Positions 47,900-56,602 of a DNA stretch of 64,000 nt are shown here, piece by piece (the stretch's first letter is position 1; each line of letters begins with the position of its first letter). The stretch covers positions 2,448-66,447 of IMG/VR virus record IMGVR_UViG_3300012347_000112; one strand, written 5' to 3'. The notes beneath the pieces were generated by a model. It saw only the letters and a program-made list of their open reading frames with translations, was not told the DNA's origin and did not search any database. Source of the DNA: a virus. Lineage: Duplodnaviria > Caudoviricetes. The position numbers were made by a program, and so were the translations under genes.

Positions 47900-49618
47900 A
47901 TGGCCACGTGGAAAAAGTATTTTAAAACCAGCAATGTGCAGTACAGCGGACAAGGTAGTCCTATCAACGGTACTACTGCGATTTCTGGTACACGCCCTGA
48001 CCCCGGATATCGTAACTATCAAAGTACGTTACCTGAAGTATACATTGGGCACCCAAACCGTGTTGAGCGCTATAACCAATACGAACAAATGGACATGGAC
48101 AGCGAAATTAACGCAGCCCTGGACATTCTTGCTGAGTTCTGCACACAGAAGAACGACGAAAACGGTACAGCCTTTGCAATCAACTTCAAAGAAAAGCCAA
48201 CTGATAACGAAGTTAAGATCATCAAGGAACAACTGCAACAGTGGGTTAACCTAAACGAATTTAACAAACGTATCTTTAAGATTGTGCGCAACACAATCAA
48301 GTACGGCGATCAAGTTTTCATCCGTGACCCAGAAACATTCAAATTGTTCTGGACTGAAATGAGCAAGGTTGTTAAGGTTATTGTTAACGAAGGCGAAGGC
48401 AAGAAGCCCGAGCAATATGTAGTTAAAGATCTAAATCCCAACTTCCAAAACCTAACAGTTACAGCAGTTAGCACCAGCGATACATTTACCAATCACCCAC
48501 AAGTTGGTGGCCCTAGTGGATCTTATGTGCAGCCTAATCAGTCGTTTGGTGGCGGTGGCCGTTTCCAACACGCACAGAACGAAGCAGTTATTAATGCTGA
48601 ACACGTGGTGCATTTGTCACTAACAGAAGGCTTAGACGTATTTTGGCCTTTTGGTAACAGCGTATTGGAAAACGTTTTCAAAGTATTCAAGCAGAAAGAA
48701 TTGCTAGAAGACGCTATTATTATCTACCGTGTACAACGTGCGCCTGAACGTAGAATCTTTAAGATTGACGTAGGTAACATGGTTCCACACATGGCTATGG
48801 CATTCGTTGAACGTATTAAAAACGAAATCCATCAACGCCGCATTCCTACACAAACAGGTGGTGGCACTAACATGATGGATGCTACCTACAACCCACTAAG
48901 CACAAACGAAGACTTCTTCTTCCCAGTTACAGCAGACGGACGTGGATCTAGTGTTGACACACTAGCAGGCGGCCAGAACCTGGGCGAAATTACAGACTTG
49001 AAGTTCTTTACTAACAAGTTATTCCGTGGTTTACGTATTCCTGCTAGCTACTTGCCAACAGGCGTAGAAGATGGATCACAGAGCTACAGCGATGGTAAAA
49101 TTGGTACTGCCCTGATTCAAGAATGGCGCTTTACACAATATTGCTTGCGTTTACAGGCAATGATCATTGATAAGCTGGACCACGAATTTAAGATGTTTAT
49201 GCGCTGGAGAGGCATTAACATTGATGGTCAACTGTTTGATTTAACATTTGAGCCACCACAAAACTTTGCTAGCTACCGTCAAGCAGACATTGATTCTGCA
49301 CGTATTGCTACATTTACACAGCTAGAACAAATTCCTTACTTAGCTAAACGTTTCTTGATGAAGCGTTACTTGGGCCTAAGCGAAATGGAAATCAGCGAAA
49401 ACGAAATGGCATGGAACGAAGAGCGTGGTAACGTTGAAGAAGCTCCTGCAGATGTGGCTAACTTGCGTAGCATGGGTATTAGCCCTGGCGGCATCGAAAG
49501 CGATCTAGGTCAGGTTACTCCTGATGCTGGCGCCGAGGAAGGTGCAGTTGATGCAAGCGGAATGCCAGCGCCAGGCGCTGCCCCAGAAGTAGGCGCTGCA
49601 CCTGCTTCCCCAGTCTAA
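47900..49618 (+). CDS. gp20: Portal protein
   Basis: QKELLEDAIIIYRVQRAPERRIFKIDVGNM; EDFFFP...GRGSSVDTLAGGQNLGEI.DL.FF..KL.RGLRIP. Confidence 0.96.
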   Translation: MATWKKYFKTSNVQYSGQGSPINGTTAISGTRPDPGYRNYQSTLPEVYIGHPNRVERYNQYEQMDMDSEINAALDILAEFCTQKNDENGTAFAINFKEKPTDNEVKIIKEQLQQWVNLNEFNKRIFKIVRNTIKYGDQVFIRDPETFKLFWTEMSKVVKVIVNEGEGKKPEQYVVKDLNPNFQNLTVTAVSTSDTFTNHPQVGGPSGSYVQPNQSFGGGGRFQHAQNEAVINAEHVVHLSLTEGLDVFWPFGNSVLENVFKVFKQKELLEDAIIIYRVQRAPERRIFKIDVGNMVPHMAMAFVERIKNEIHQRRIPTQTGGGTNMMDATYNPLSTNEDFFFPVTADGRGSSVDTLAGGQNLGEITDLKFFTNKLFRGLRIPASYLPTGVEDGSQSYSDGKIGTALIQEWRFTQYCLRLQAMIIDKLDHEFKMFMRWRGINIDGQLFDLTFEPPQNFASYRQADIDSARIATFTQLEQIPYLAKRFLMKRYLGLSEMEISENEMAWNEERGNVEEAPADVANLRSMGISPGGIESDLGQVTPDAGAEEGAVDASGMPAPGAAPEVGAAPASPV

Positions 49619-49632
49619 AGGTAAATACTAGT

Positions 49633-49884
49633 ATGAACTTGTACGAATTAGCACAACCAGACGTTATTAAGTCAAATCCTGAAGGGTATGCATCTGAAAA
49701 AGATGACAATACAGTTTTAAAGCTGAAGGATTTGCGTAAAACTCGTTTGACTTTAGCCCATCTAAACAAGTTGCGTATTGCAAACGATGTGCGAAAAGTC
49801 GAGCACGAAAAGAAATTGAAAGCGGTTACTAAACAGTATGCACCTGCTCCGGATGCGGCGGCAGCGGGTGTTCCAGGGCTTTGA
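49633..49884 (+). CDS. Small basic prohead-associated protein (hypothetical)
   Basis: 83-aa ORF between portal and prohead genes (RKTRLTLAHLNKLR) with its own GTAAATA promoter. Confidence 0.6.
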   Translation: MNLYELAQPDVIKSNPEGYASEKDDNTVLKLKDLRKTRLTLAHLNKLRIANDVRKVEHEKKLKAVTKQYAPAPDAAAAGVPGL

Positions 49885-49970
49885 TACTAGTTATCAAAGC
49901 AAAATCCTTCAAAAAACCCCCATTTAAAACGAAAATATGCGTAGTTTTGTAAATAACTACACAAAGCCAC

Positions 49971-51059
49971 TTGATTAAAGGAGTTCTTATGAACAAGTAT
50001 GAAAAGTTAATTGAATACATCATTAACGAAAATGAACAAAAAGCTCGTGAACTATTTCACGAGATCGTAGTAGAGAAAAGCCGTGACATCTATGAATCCA
50101 TTATGGACGAAGAACAGATGGCCGAAATGGGCGGCGACGAACAACAAGGTCTTGTTGACGAAGTTACTGCCGACGAAAACGGCGGCGTAGTTGAAGCAGA
50201 CGACGAAGAGTTTGATATGGGTGACGACATGGGCGGCGACGACATGGGCGGTGACCTTCCAGCTGATGACGAAGGCGGTATGGGCGATGAGCTTGGTATG
50301 GGTGACGACATGGGCGGCGATGAGCCAGCAACCAAGGCAGACTTCGACGAACTTAAAGATATGTTTGCTGAATTGCAAGCACAACTTGGCGGCGACGAAG
50401 GCGGCAGCGACTTCGACGCAGGCGACGAAATTGAATCTGACGAAACTGACGACATGGGTGCTCCAGACGAAGTTGGTGCTGATAGCGGCGATGAGCCAGC
50501 ATTTGGCGAAAGCGTAGTTGAAGGCGAAAACCCATTTGCTAAGAAAGGTTCTGGCAGCGGATCTGGTAAAGGATCTGGTAGCGGTTCTGGTTCTGGCAAG
50601 AAAGGTTCCGGTTCTGGTTCTGGCGTAGCTGAAAGCAAGTCTGTAGCTCAATTGATGCGTGAATACGTAGATACAATTGGTCAAGTATACGGCGGCGAAG
50701 GTGACAACGCTGAAGGTACTGAGTCTGGCAACGGCAAGAAAGTTCCTGTAAACACTAAGTCTATCAGCCGTACAAGCGGTCCTGACTTTGGTGGAACAAG
50801 CAAGAACATCTTGAACAAGACTGGTGCTACTAACGAATCACCAGACGGCAAGCCAACTCCAAAGCCAAACAACGAATACAGCAAAGGTGACGGCGGTAAG
50901 TTCTCAAATGAGAAGTTCCAAAACCAAGCTGGCGGCACAAAGAAACAATCTACTGTAGGTAAGAACTGGGAGTCTGAAAACGGCGCCGAAGGTCAAACTA
51001 CAAGCGGTAAAGTTTCTGTACAAGACAAAACGGTTCTTAAGCAGAACACCGGCAAATAA
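49971..51059 (+). CDS. Acidic low-complexity prohead core/internal protein
   Basis: In the gp67/68 position; D/E/G-rich DDMGG repeats, a Gly-Ser block and a basic C-terminus. Confidence 0.6.
   Translation: MIKGVLMNKYEKLIEYIINENEQKARELFHEIVVEKSRDIYESIMDEEQMAEMGGDEQQGLVDEVTADENGGVVEADDEEFDMGDDMGGDDMGGDLPADDEGGMGDELGMGDDMGGDEPATKADFDELKDMFAELQAQLGGDEGGSDFDAGDEIESDETDDMGAPDEVGADSGDEPAFGESVVEGENPFAKKGSGSGSGKGSGSGSGSGKKGSGSGSGVAESKSVAQLMREYVDTIGQVYGGEGDNAEGTESGNGKKVPVNTKSISRTSGPDFGGTSKNILNKTGATNESPDGKPTPKPNNEYSKGDGGKFSNEKFQNQAGGTKKQSTVGKNWESENGAEGQTTSGKVSVQDKTVLKQNTGK
50541..50624. repeat. Coding Gly-Ser/Lys repeat (KKGSGSGSGKGSGSGSGSGKKGSGSGSG)
   Basis: GGTTCT/GGATCT/GGTAGC 6-nt periodicity. Confidence 0.85.
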
Positions 51060-51072
51060 TTAGGATACTTTA

Positions 51073-51711
51073 ATGGCTTTGTATCTAAAAGAGAACTTAA
51101 CTTTTGACCGAGCAGGTATTACCATCCTTGAGGAAGGTACTGCTGACGGAAAAGGTAAGGATCTTTTCATGAAGGGGATATTCATTGAAGGTGGCGTTAA
51201 AAACCACAATCAACGAGTATACCCTGTGCATGAAATTGAAAAAGCAGTATCCAGTATTAATGGCCAACTAAAGGAAGGTTATAGCGTCTTAGGCGAACTA
51301 GACCATCCTGATGATTTAAAGATTAACCTAGACCGCGTATCGCATATGATCACCCACATGTGGATGGAAGGCAATTGCGGTCATGGTAAATTAAAGATTT
51401 TACCTACCCCAATGGGCGAGCTTGTAAAAGCTATGTTAACAAGTGGCGTTAAGCTAGGCGTTAGCAGCCGTGGATCAGGTCAGGTAAACGAAGGAAGTGG
51501 ACACGTTAGTGATTTTGAAATCATTACCGTTGACATCGTAGCGCAACCTAGTGCTCCTCATGCATATCCTAAAGCAATTTATGAAGGCTTGATGAACATG
51601 AAAGGCGGCGTACAAATGTTTGAGATGGCTCGTGATGCTTCTCAAGATCAAAAAGTACAGAAGTACCTGCAAGAAGCCGTAAAAAAGCTTATCAAAGACT
51701 TAAAAGTATAA
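51073..51711 (+). CDS. gp21: Prohead core protease
   Basis: N.NQRVYP, LGELDHPDDLKINLDRVSH, ILPTPMG, LGVSSRGSG, DIVAQPSAP.A. Confidence 0.96.
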   Translation: MALYLKENLTFDRAGITILEEGTADGKGKDLFMKGIFIEGGVKNHNQRVYPVHEIEKAVSSINGQLKEGYSVLGELDHPDDLKINLDRVSHMITHMWMEGNCGHGKLKILPTPMGELVKAMLTSGVKLGVSSRGSGQVNEGSGHVSDFEIITVDIVAQPSAPHAYPKAIYEGLMNMKGGVQMFEMARDASQDQKVQKYLQEAVKKLIKDLKV

Positions 51712-51724
51712 CAGGAGAAACCTA

Positions 51725-52831
51725 ATGTTAGATGCTATCAAACCATTGTTAGACAGTGGCATTATCAATGAAAGCACTCAACAGGCTATTAATGAAGCTT
51801 GGGAAACCAAGTTGAATGAAGCACGTGAACAAGTACGTGCAGAGCTTCGTGAGGAATTCGCTGGTCGCTACGAACATGACAAAAGCGTAATGGTTGAAGC
51901 TCTAGACAAAATGGTTACAGAATCTCTAAGTTCAGAACTACAAGAGTTCCACGCTGAGAAAAAGGCGTTAGCTGAAGATCGTGTGCGTTTTAACGTTCAC
52001 ATGACTGAAAGCGCAGACAAGTTCAACAATTTCATGGTTACTAAACTAGCCGAAGAAATTAAAGAACTACGCAATGACCGCAAACAATACGAGAATAGCA
52101 TCGCTAAACTTGAATCGTTTGTTATCAAAGCATTGGCTGAGGAAATCCAAGAGTTTGAACAAGACAAGCAAGCAGTTGTCGAAACTAAGGTTCGTTTAGT
52201 AGCAGAAGCTAAGACAAAATTAGCAGAACTACAAACAGCATTCGTTTCACGTGCAGCAGAGCTTGTAAAAGAATCTGTAGCTACTAAGCTAGAGTCGGAG
52301 ATGACTCAATTGAAAGAAGACATCCACACTGCTCGTGAGAACATGTTTGGCCGTCGTCTATTTGAAGCGTTTGCAAGTGAATTCGCAGTTACTCACCTAA
52401 ATGAGAACAAAGAAATCCGTAAATTGCAAGCAGCAGTTGCTAATACAAATCGTAAGTTGGCTGAAGCGGTTCAGACAGCCCAAGAGAAAGCAGCAATTGT
52501 TGAGTCAAAAGAAAGAGAAATCCGCGTTATTAAGGAATCTGCACAACGCCAAGCTATGCTTGACGGTATGTTGAAACCTCTTAACAGAGAAAAAGCCGCT
52601 GTAATGAGCGACTTACTAGAATCTGTGCAAACTGACAAGTTACAGTCTGCATATGAAAAGTATCTACCAGCCGTGCTAAATAACGGAGTAGCAAAAGCAG
52701 CCCCTGAGAAGGCTATGATTGCTGAAAGCCGTAGCACAGTTACTGGAGATAAGACTGCTAAAACCGTCGCTACTGAACAACAAGTTAACACTAATGTTGT
52801 TGAGTTAAAGCGTTTGGCAGGGCTAAAGTAA
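51725..52831 (+). CDS. gp22: Prohead core scaffolding protein
   Basis: Acidic coiled-coil between gp21 and gp23. Confidence 0.85.
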   Translation: MLDAIKPLLDSGIINESTQQAINEAWETKLNEAREQVRAELREEFAGRYEHDKSVMVEALDKMVTESLSSELQEFHAEKKALAEDRVRFNVHMTESADKFNNFMVTKLAEEIKELRNDRKQYENSIAKLESFVIKALAEEIQEFEQDKQAVVETKVRLVAEAKTKLAELQTAFVSRAAELVKESVATKLESEMTQLKEDIHTARENMFGRRLFEAFASEFAVTHLNENKEIRKLQAAVANTNRKLAEAVQTAQEKAAIVESKEREIRVIKESAQRQAMLDGMLKPLNREKAAVMSDLLESVQTDKLQSAYEKYLPAVLNNGVAKAAPEKAMIAESRSTVTGDKTAKTVATEQQVNTNVVELKRLAGLK

Positions 52832-52859
52832 AACCCTAAAAGGAAAAAAAGGAAATATT

Positions 52860-54029
52860 ATGACACAAGCATTATTAGAAAGCCGTTGGGGCGAAACCAA
52901 AGAAGCCCTGTTAGAAGGTTTGAATGGTTCACGCCGTTCTTCAATGGCAGTTGTTCTTGAGAACACACGCAAGCACTTGGCTGAAAGCGCAACAGTTGGC
53001 GGTACTACCGCTGGTAACATCTCTACACTTAACCGTGTAATTTTGCCAGTTATCCGTCGCGTTATGCCTACAGTTATTGCTAACGAAATCGTTGGTGTAC
53101 AACCAATGACTGGCCCAGTAAGCCAAATTCACACACTACGTGTACGTTACGCTGATGGCGTTGACAGCACTTCTGGTACTGACGTAACAGCCGGTGAAGA
53201 AGCATTGTCTCCATTCAAGATTGCTAGCGCATACTCGGGTGGTGCAGATGACAAGGCACAATCTACAAGCGCACTTGAAGGCGTTCCTGGTCGTCGTATC
53301 AACGTTCAAATCTTGAAGCAAGTCGTTGAAGCTAAGACTCGTAAGTTAAGCGCTCGCTGGACTTTCGAAGCTGCTCAAGACGCACAAGCTATGCACGGTT
53401 TGGATGTTGAAGCAGAAATCATGGCTGCACTAGCACAAGAAATCACAGTAGAAATTGACCAAGAAATTCTAGGTTCTCTACGTGCATTGTCTGGTTCTAC
53501 ATACAGCTACAACCAAGCTACCGTTTCTGGTACTGCAACATTCGTTGGTGACGAACACGCTGCTCTAGCAGTTGTTATCAACCGTGCTGCTAACCTAGTT
53601 GCACAACGCACACGTCGTGGCGCTGCTAACTGGGCTGTTGTTTCTCCAGCTGCATTGACAGTATTGCAATCTGCAACTACTTCTGCATTTGCTCGTACAA
53701 CAGAAGGTACATTCGAAGCTCCAACAAACACTAAGTTCGTTGGTACATTGAACGGCGCTATGCGCATTTACGTTGACAGCTACGCTAGCGACACAGCTAA
53801 CGTTCTAGTTGGTTACAAGGGTTCGAGCGAAGCTGATGCAGCAGCGTTCTATTGCCCATACGTACCATTGATGAGCTCTGGTGTTGTTCTTGACCCAGCA
53901 ACATTCGAACCAGTCGTAGGCTTTATGACTCGTTACGGATATGTTGAGTTGACAAACACAGCGTCTTCTCTAGGTAACGCAGCTGACTACTTGGAAAGCA
54001 TTGCAGTAAGCAACTTGTCGTTCCAGTAA
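52860..54029 (+). CDS. gp23: Major capsid protein
   Basis: IANEIVGVQPMTGP, VEAKTRKLSARWT.EAAQD...HGLDVEAE, FYCPYVPL, GFMTRYG. Confidence 0.97.
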   Translation: MTQALLESRWGETKEALLEGLNGSRRSSMAVVLENTRKHLAESATVGGTTAGNISTLNRVILPVIRRVMPTVIANEIVGVQPMTGPVSQIHTLRVRYADGVDSTSGTDVTAGEEALSPFKIASAYSGGADDKAQSTSALEGVPGRRINVQILKQVVEAKTRKLSARWTFEAAQDAQAMHGLDVEAEIMAALAQEITVEIDQEILGSLRALSGSTYSYNQATVSGTATFVGDEHAALAVVINRAANLVAQRTRRGAANWAVVSPAALTVLQSATTSAFARTTEGTFEAPTNTKFVGTLNGAMRIYVDSYASDTANVLVGYKGSSEADAAAFYCPYVPLMSSGVVLDPATFEPVVGFMTRYGYVELTNTASSLGNAADYLESIAVSNLSFQ

Positions 54030-54066
54030 TCGACCCCCGAATAGCATCGCAAGGTGCTATACAAAT

Positions 54067-54094
54067 AAAAAAGCCCCTTAATTGGGGCTTTTTT
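54067..54094. terminator. Bidirectional rho-independent terminator
   Basis: A6-GCCCC-TTAATT-GGGGC-T6 between convergent genes, preceded by hairpin ATAGCATC-GCAA-GGTGCTAT (54041-54060). Confidence 0.88.
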
Positions 54095-54099
54095 GTGAC

Positions 54100-54312
54100 T
54101 TACATCTTTGGGGGAATTTTGTCTATCTCGTGTGGCTCAGCAAAACGAGTTGGGGGCATACGGAGCGCATCGGGAATGATACTCCATTGCACAGGCTTCC
54201 AGTATTTGTGGAAGATGTTGTTGAGTACTAGGATTACAATGCCTACTACAATAAATCCGAACCCCATAAGGATTGCGGCCGATAAAAAGGTTGATGCTGT
54301 ATCTATATCCAT
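54100..54312 (-). CDS. Small single-pass membrane protein
   Basis: 70 aa with hydrophobic FLSAAILMGFGFIVVGIVILVL; has its own promoter and a terminator. Confidence 0.7.
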   Translation of the reverse strand: MDIDTASTFLSAAILMGFGFIVVGIVILVLNNIFHKYWKPVQWSIIPDALRMPPTRFAEPHEIDKIPPKM

Positions 54313-54318
54313 GCGTTA

Positions 54319-54346
54319 ATTATACACAAGTATTGAATAAAGTCTA
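54319..54346 (-). promoter_or_regulatory. Sigma70-type promoter of the small membrane protein gene
   Basis: Minus strand TAGACT, 16 bp, TATAAT; predicted +1 equals the A of ATG 54312. Confidence 0.6.
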
Positions 54347-54354
54347 CGCAAACG

Positions 54355-54440
54355 GTAAATATACTGTTCGCTCTTAATTGAGAGTTTATGCAGTACCATC
54401 TGCGTAGGCCTAGAACGCTAATATTTTAAGGAGAAACAAA
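54355..54440 (+). promoter_or_regulatory. Late promoter GTAAATA plus structured 5' leader
   Basis: GTAAATA 54355-61; hairpins 54371-54384 and 54388-54405; AAGGAG Shine-Dalgarno at 54428. Confidence 0.55.
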
Positions 54441-55115
54441 ATGGGACGTCCGATTAAATCGATTTATTTTGGTAACCGCAACACTGATGAAGTGGGCGGA
54501 GAAGCACTGTATACCACAGGTGGTAACGTTGCGCTAACATTTACTGGTAACTTAGGCTTTGGCTACTATGATGCAAACGTTGCAGCTACATTTAGCGCAC
54601 CTACTGTAACTGGTGGTACTACTGCTGTTGCTGATGCAGTTTATCTACATGCTAACGGCGCTATCAAGAGCGTACACGTAAGCAATGCAGGTACTGGTTA
54701 CACTGCCGCAGCTACATTAACTTTCACTGGTGCAAACGTTGCAGCTCCTGCAACTACTACAGCTAACGCATTGCCTAGCACAACAACTACCAACGCTATT
54801 GCAGCTAATGCATGGGTTGCTGGTGACACAGTTGGTCGTACCAACGCTGATGTTGTTAAGCAAACTGGTGGCAAAACATACCGTGTTGCAACAAGCGGCG
54901 GCACAGGTAAGTGCAAGTTGGTTACAACTGCTACTCCAGAAGCAGCTGGCGAAATGACTATTACCGCTACATTTGTTGACGGTACTAGCACATTTAGCGT
55001 TGCTAAATTAACTGAGAACCTAGCATTTGATGCCGACGGTAACCGTTACCGTTGGACATTGGGTACAGCGTCTAACGCTGCTACACCTCCACTAGTAACT
55101 ATCTCTAGTAACTAA
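54441..55115 (+). CDS. Virion structural protein (Thr/Ala/Gly-rich; possible head decoration)
   Basis: Strong SD, late promoter and own terminator; VHVSNAGTGYT module; codon usage similar to gp23. Confidence 0.55.
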   Translation: MGRPIKSIYFGNRNTDEVGGEALYTTGGNVALTFTGNLGFGYYDANVAATFSAPTVTGGTTAVADAVYLHANGAIKSVHVSNAGTGYTAAATLTFTGANVAAPATTTANALPSTTTTNAIAANAWVAGDTVGRTNADVVKQTGGKTYRVATSGGTGKCKLVTTATPEAAGEMTITATFVDGTSTFSVAKLTENLAFDADGNRYRWTLGTASNAATPPLVTISSN

Positions 55116-55131
55116 TCTACAGTGTAGAAAC

Positions 55132-55160
55132 AAAATAGCACCTTCGGGTGCTATTTTTTT
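55132..55160 (+). terminator. Rho-independent terminator
   Basis: AAAATAGCACC-TTCG-GGTGCTATTTTTTT (cUUCGg loop). Confidence 0.92.
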
Positions 55161-55212
55161 GGGCTAACCTAATTTCTAAACTGCATAAATATAAAATAAC
55201 GGAATTCTTACG

Positions 55213-55842
55213 ATGGCAACAACTAAACGACTTAGTGGTAATTACACAGTAGCTACCCCAACAAACGGAACAATTACTCTAGACACTGGCTCTCTTGCTG
55301 GTACTGTAGTTGTTACAGGCAACTTGGTAGTACAAGGTGTGCAAACTGTGGTTGAATCAACTACAACGCAAGTAGTTGACCCGACTATTACTCTAAACCA
55401 AGGCGAAAGTGGAACTGGTGTTACAGCCGGGTATGCAGGTATCGAAGTCGATAGGGGCTTGGGAACCGATGTGCAACTCCGTTGGAACGAAGCGTTTCTA
55501 AAATGGCAAGTGTCTGACCAGACTGGGGCATTTGCGAATATCGCAGCGTCAACTGGCACGTTCTTATCTCAGGTAGCTGAAGATACAACTCCTTCGCTAG
55601 GCGGTAATTTAGACATACAGAATTACCAAATATACAACAGCCAAGGCGCAGTTGTTCAATTTAATAACAATTTGGCAATTGCAACAACCAGCGTTGCTCC
55701 TACCGCAATTGCAAATAATGTTGTTGTATATAGTAGCACCGTAAGCGGTGGCGGGTCGGGACTTTACACAAGTACAGCTAGTGGAAACAATGAACTAGCA
55801 ACTAAGAGTGCTGCAATCAAGTACAGCATCATTTTCGGATAA
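55213..55842 (+). CDS. Fibre-like structural protein
   Basis: VTGNLVVQG...DPTITLN...AGIEVDRG...LRWNE fibre-shaft motif; ATAAATA promoter at 55185. Confidence 0.6.
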   Translation: MATTKRLSGNYTVATPTNGTITLDTGSLAGTVVVTGNLVVQGVQTVVESTTTQVVDPTITLNQGESGTGVTAGYAGIEVDRGLGTDVQLRWNEAFLKWQVSDQTGAFANIAASTGTFLSQVAEDTTPSLGGNLDIQNYQIYNSQGAVVQFNNNLAIATTSVAPTAIANNVVVYSSTVSGGGSGLYTSTASGNNELATKSAAIKYSIIFG

Positions 55843-55854
55843 TAGGACAAACAA

Positions 55855-56166
55855 ATGGCAATACAAAATATCGCAGTCACAGACAGCACCGCAACCAGCA
55901 TCTACACCAGCACTGGCGACAGCGCAATTACTACAATTCACATTGCAAACTATACAGGAGCAACAGTAGTTGCTAACGTCTTTGTAGTGCCAAGTGGTAG
56001 TTTTGCAGGAAACGATACAGTAATTTACAGCAATTACAGTATCACCGCTTACAACACTATGGTAATAGATACTGAAAAATTTATCTTGGAAAACGGCGAT
56101 GGGGTGTTTGCAAACTGTAACGCAGCTAACTCACTAACTGCAACTGTAAGTTCGATCGGAATTTAA
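55855..56166 (+). CDS. Small beta-rich structural protein
   Basis: 103-aa beta-strand-rich ORF in a late operon. Confidence 0.55.
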   Translation: MAIQNIAVTDSTATSIYTSTGDSAITTIHIANYTGATVVANVFVVPSGSFAGNDTVIYSNYSITAYNTMVIDTEKFILENGDGVFANCNAANSLTATVSSIGI

Positions 56167-56167
56167 T

Positions 56168-56593
56168 ATGGCACGACTATTAAAGAATCCAGACATTGCA
56201 CCTGGAGCACTTGGTGTTAGATTGCCATTAGGCAGTGCTAGTCTAAGTGATGCTCCGGTTGATGGAATTATTAGATTTAATCAAACAAACAACAAAGTTG
56301 AATTCTACTACAACAACCAATGGAACCAAATTGCCAAGATTGGTACGGTAGAAATTATTAAAGATACATTCACAACAGCCGATGGCGTAACTGAATATGG
56401 ACCAATGAGCTACTCATACAACTCGGGACAAGAAACCAGTGTTGTGGTCTTTGTTGGTGGCGTACACCAAGCTCCGTTGGTTAACTATCAGTTCAACGGA
56501 ACAAGTTCTATTCAGATCAATCCATCAACAGGCGGTACAGCAAATCAAAGTATTGTGATAATTCATAATTTAAACAGCACTGACGCTGCCTAA
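56168..56593 (+). CDS. Structural protein (fibre module)
   Basis: IRFNQT..KVEFY and VFVGGVHQ modules, which recur in the next two genes. Confidence 0.55.
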   Translation: MARLLKNPDIAPGALGVRLPLGSASLSDAPVDGIIRFNQTNNKVEFYYNNQWNQIAKIGTVEIIKDTFTTADGVTEYGPMSYSYNSGQETSVVVFVGGVHQAPLVNYQFNGTSSIQINPSTGGTANQSIVIIHNLNSTDAA

Positions 56594-56602
56594 GGACGTT
56601 CG

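Noticed and set aside
50052-50684. Minus-strand ORFs of 210 and 182 aa with Pro/Ser repeats
   Set aside because: Antisense shadows of the D/G/S-rich prohead protein.
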